Shown here piece after piece: positions 61,654 to 64,000 of a stretch of 64,000 nt of DNA (positions are counted from its first letter, which is position 1; every line of letters begins with the position of its first letter). The DNA is from Dimorphilus gyrociliatus (taxonomy: Eukaryota; Animalia; Annelida). Under the pieces are notes generated by a model. The model saw only the letters and a program-made list of their open reading frames with translations. It was not told the origin of the DNA and searched no databases. The stretch lies in NCBI GenBank assembly GCA_904063045.1, contig CAJFCJ010000024.1, forward strand, positions 739,777 through 803,776, read 5' to 3'. Both the position numbers and the translations under genes were made by a program.

Positions 61654-64000
61654 ATGTTACGGTTGTTGCCAAACTCACGTATCCTTTCGAAAGCAATACC
61701 ACCGGTTAATATCTCTTATAAAGGTTTGTAATTTACACTTGTACTAAGTTTTACATTGATTTCGAATTCATAATATTTCAGCTCGAGAATGTGCTTCTAA
61801 GGCTGCAGAAACAGTAGAAGTGTTTGTGGATGACAAACCGGTGCAAGTTCAACCTGGAAGTACAGTACTTCAGGTAATATCTTGATTAATATCCATTTGA
61901 AGAATATAATTACAAGCATATACTAAACTTTATACTTGACCCGATGACTGTTATGTTTACCATCTTTCCTATAAAAAGAAAATGTATCCCTAAGGTCAAA
62001 ACCTCTCATTACATAATCTGTTCTTTCAGGCATGTGCTCAAGCAGGAGTAGAAATTCCACGTTTTTGCTATCATGAACGCCTGTCTATTGCTGGAAATTG
62101 CAGAATGTGTTTGGTTGAGGTTGAACGCTCTCCCAAGCCCGTTGCAAGCTGCGCTATGCCTGTTATGAAGGGAATGAAAATTAAGACAGACTCTCCAATA
62201 ACAAAAAAAGCAAGAGAAGGCGTTATGGAATTTCTACTAGTAAACCATCCTTTAGATTGTCCTATTTGTGATCAAGGAGGAGAATGTGATCTGCAAGTAA
62301 GTAAAATATTCACTCACATATATACTGTATAATATAAAAACTGTATAAATGTATACATATATATATTTTTTCAGGATCAATCGATGAATTTTGGATCGGA
62401 TAAAAGTAGATTTACTGATAACCAATTTCTGGGGAAACGAGCCGTTGAAGATAAAGATATTGGGCCATTAGTGAAAACTATTATGACGAGATGTATTCAA
62501 TGTACTAGATGTGTTAGATTCGCTAACGAAATAGCTGGAGTCAGCGACTTAGGTACAACAGGACGTGGTAATGATCTACAAGTAAATACATCTTCATTTA
62601 TTGTATCTCTTTTAGTAACAATATTAAATACTTATTAAGATCGGCACTTATGTTGAAAAAATGTTTAAATCCGAATTGTCTGGAAATGTCATCGATATCT
62701 GTCCAGTTGGAGCTCTTACATCTAAGCCTTATGCTTTTGTTGCCAGACCATGGGAGCTTAGGTATTTGATTTAATATACCTATAATACCATATATCAGCT
62801 CTTGTTAATTAATTCTTTCATTAGACGAGTCGACAGTATTGATACAATGGATGCTGTGGGCAGTAATATCGTAGTTTGTACAAGAGGGGGAGATATCATG
62901 AGAATTTTACCAAGGATTCATGAGGTACGCTAATTCGTTGAATTTTGAGAATTAACAATAACGTTCTTTTTCTATTCGTTTAGGGTATCAATGAAGAATG
63001 GTTGGCAGATAAGAGTCGATTCTCGTACGACGGCTTGAAAAGACAAAGACTAACATCTCCAATGATTAAAGACGAGTCGGGAAATTTAATAAGCGTTGAC
63101 TGGGAAACAGCATTACTTAGGGTGTGCGACGCAGTATGTTTCTTAAAATATAATATTAAACTAAGTTAACTGATTTCTTGCAATTAACTTTTAACAGATA
63201 ACATCTGTGAAAGGAGCAGAAATAGCAGCCATTGCAGGTGGTCAGGTAGATGCTGAGGCACTTATTGCCATGAAAGATTTGTTAAACAAATTGGGAAGCG
63301 AATCTTTAAACACTGAAGAAATATTCCCCATGGACGGTTCCGGAACTGATTTAAGATCCAACTATCTATTGAATTCTTCAATTGAAGGTATTGAAGAATC
63401 CGATGCTATCCTGTTGATTGGATGCAATCCTAGATATGAGGCTCCCTTATTAAATGCAAGAATACGTAAAGCGTATGTATAATTATTAAATTTTCTTTAT
63501 GGGACATTTTAAAAAAATGGTTTGTATTTGATAGCTTCATTCATAACGAAATTGAAGTAGGATATTTGGGACCGAAAATTGATTTAAGCTATAATTATCA
63601 ACACTTGGGAGACACAACAACCAGCTTAGAAAATATTAAATCATCACAATTTTATAAGGAACATTTGAGCAAGGCCAAAAAGCCTATGATAATCCTCGGT
63701 AGTTCTGCTCTCCAAAGAGCGGACGGTACTGCAGTTTTTGCTAAAACTCAGCAAATTAGCAATGAGTTAAAGGAAGCCGGTAGTTCCTGGCGGGTGTTGA
63801 ACGTTCTACAGCGTGTAGCAAGTCAAGTTGCTGCCCTAGATATTGGTTATAGACCAGGCGTGGAAAATGTAAGAAATAATAAACCGAAGGTATTATTCTT
63901 ACTACATGCCGATAACGAAACTGTTAGACGCGAAGATTTAGGCAAAGACTGTGTTGTTATTTATCAAGGTAGTATTTGTTTCATTGTTAAATTCATATGA
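61654..64000 (+). CDS. NDUFS1: NADH:ubiquinone oxidoreductase 75 kDa subunit, 3' end truncated by the window
   Basis: Mitochondrial presequence; [23 protein letters not shown]; [18 protein letters not shown]; [11 protein letters not shown]; [11 protein letters not shown]; multi-exon. Confidence 0.98.

Noticed and set aside
61097-61654. Operon-like arrangement of the same-strand neighbours CPSF2 and NDUFS1 (and collagen, VTA1, CREB3L)
   Set aside because: The gaps are over 500 bp. The CPSF2-NDUFS1 gap carries its own promoter motifs (ETS, YY1) and a non-coding first exon, and the VTA1-CREB3L gap has CCAAT and CTCF-like motifs.
61679-61688. GTATCCTTT, the U12-type 5' splice-site consensus
   Set aside because: It lies inside the NDUFS1 presequence exon, which reads through in frame to a normal GT donor; similar hits at 22066 and 59685 are also within coding sequence.
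61874-62029. Possible H/ACA snoRNA in an NDUFS1 intron (TTGACC..GGTCAA, ANANNA, ACA)
   Set aside because: The stems are weak and the ACA spacing is atypical; such matches are expected by chance in AT-rich DNA.

Overview
AT-rich eukaryotic (animal) genomic DNA, gene-dense, with many short GT-AG introns (about 55-100 nt) and about 16 protein-coding genes in 64 kb. The gene set and compactness suggest a compact-genome invertebrate bilaterian such as a meiofaunal annelid; this is inference only. Recognisable genes: ZC3H4/6, an IGFBP-domain gene, SLC5A, AAAS, TFG, PPT1, SLC16, VTA1, CREB3L, VPS35, INSIG, CPSF2 and NDUFS1 (truncated at the window end). Genes assembled by hand from splice sites: a secreted basic single-Ig protein, an SH2-only protein ending in polybasic-CCFS, two orphans, and a 1316-aa type I membrane collagen (signal peptide, 2 MAM, (PV)76 tract, 171 uninterrupted Gly-X-Y, EGF repeats, TM). 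The strongest non-genic signal is the 11-mer TATAC[A/T]GTATA, seen 17 times in introns and intergenic DNA. It matches the canonical Tc1/mariner excision footprint (TA-CAG-TA / TA-CTG-TA), although no transposon is visible in the window. No rRNA, tRNA, snRNA or CRISPR array was recognised. Exon structures and motif counts were done by eye and need computational confirmation.
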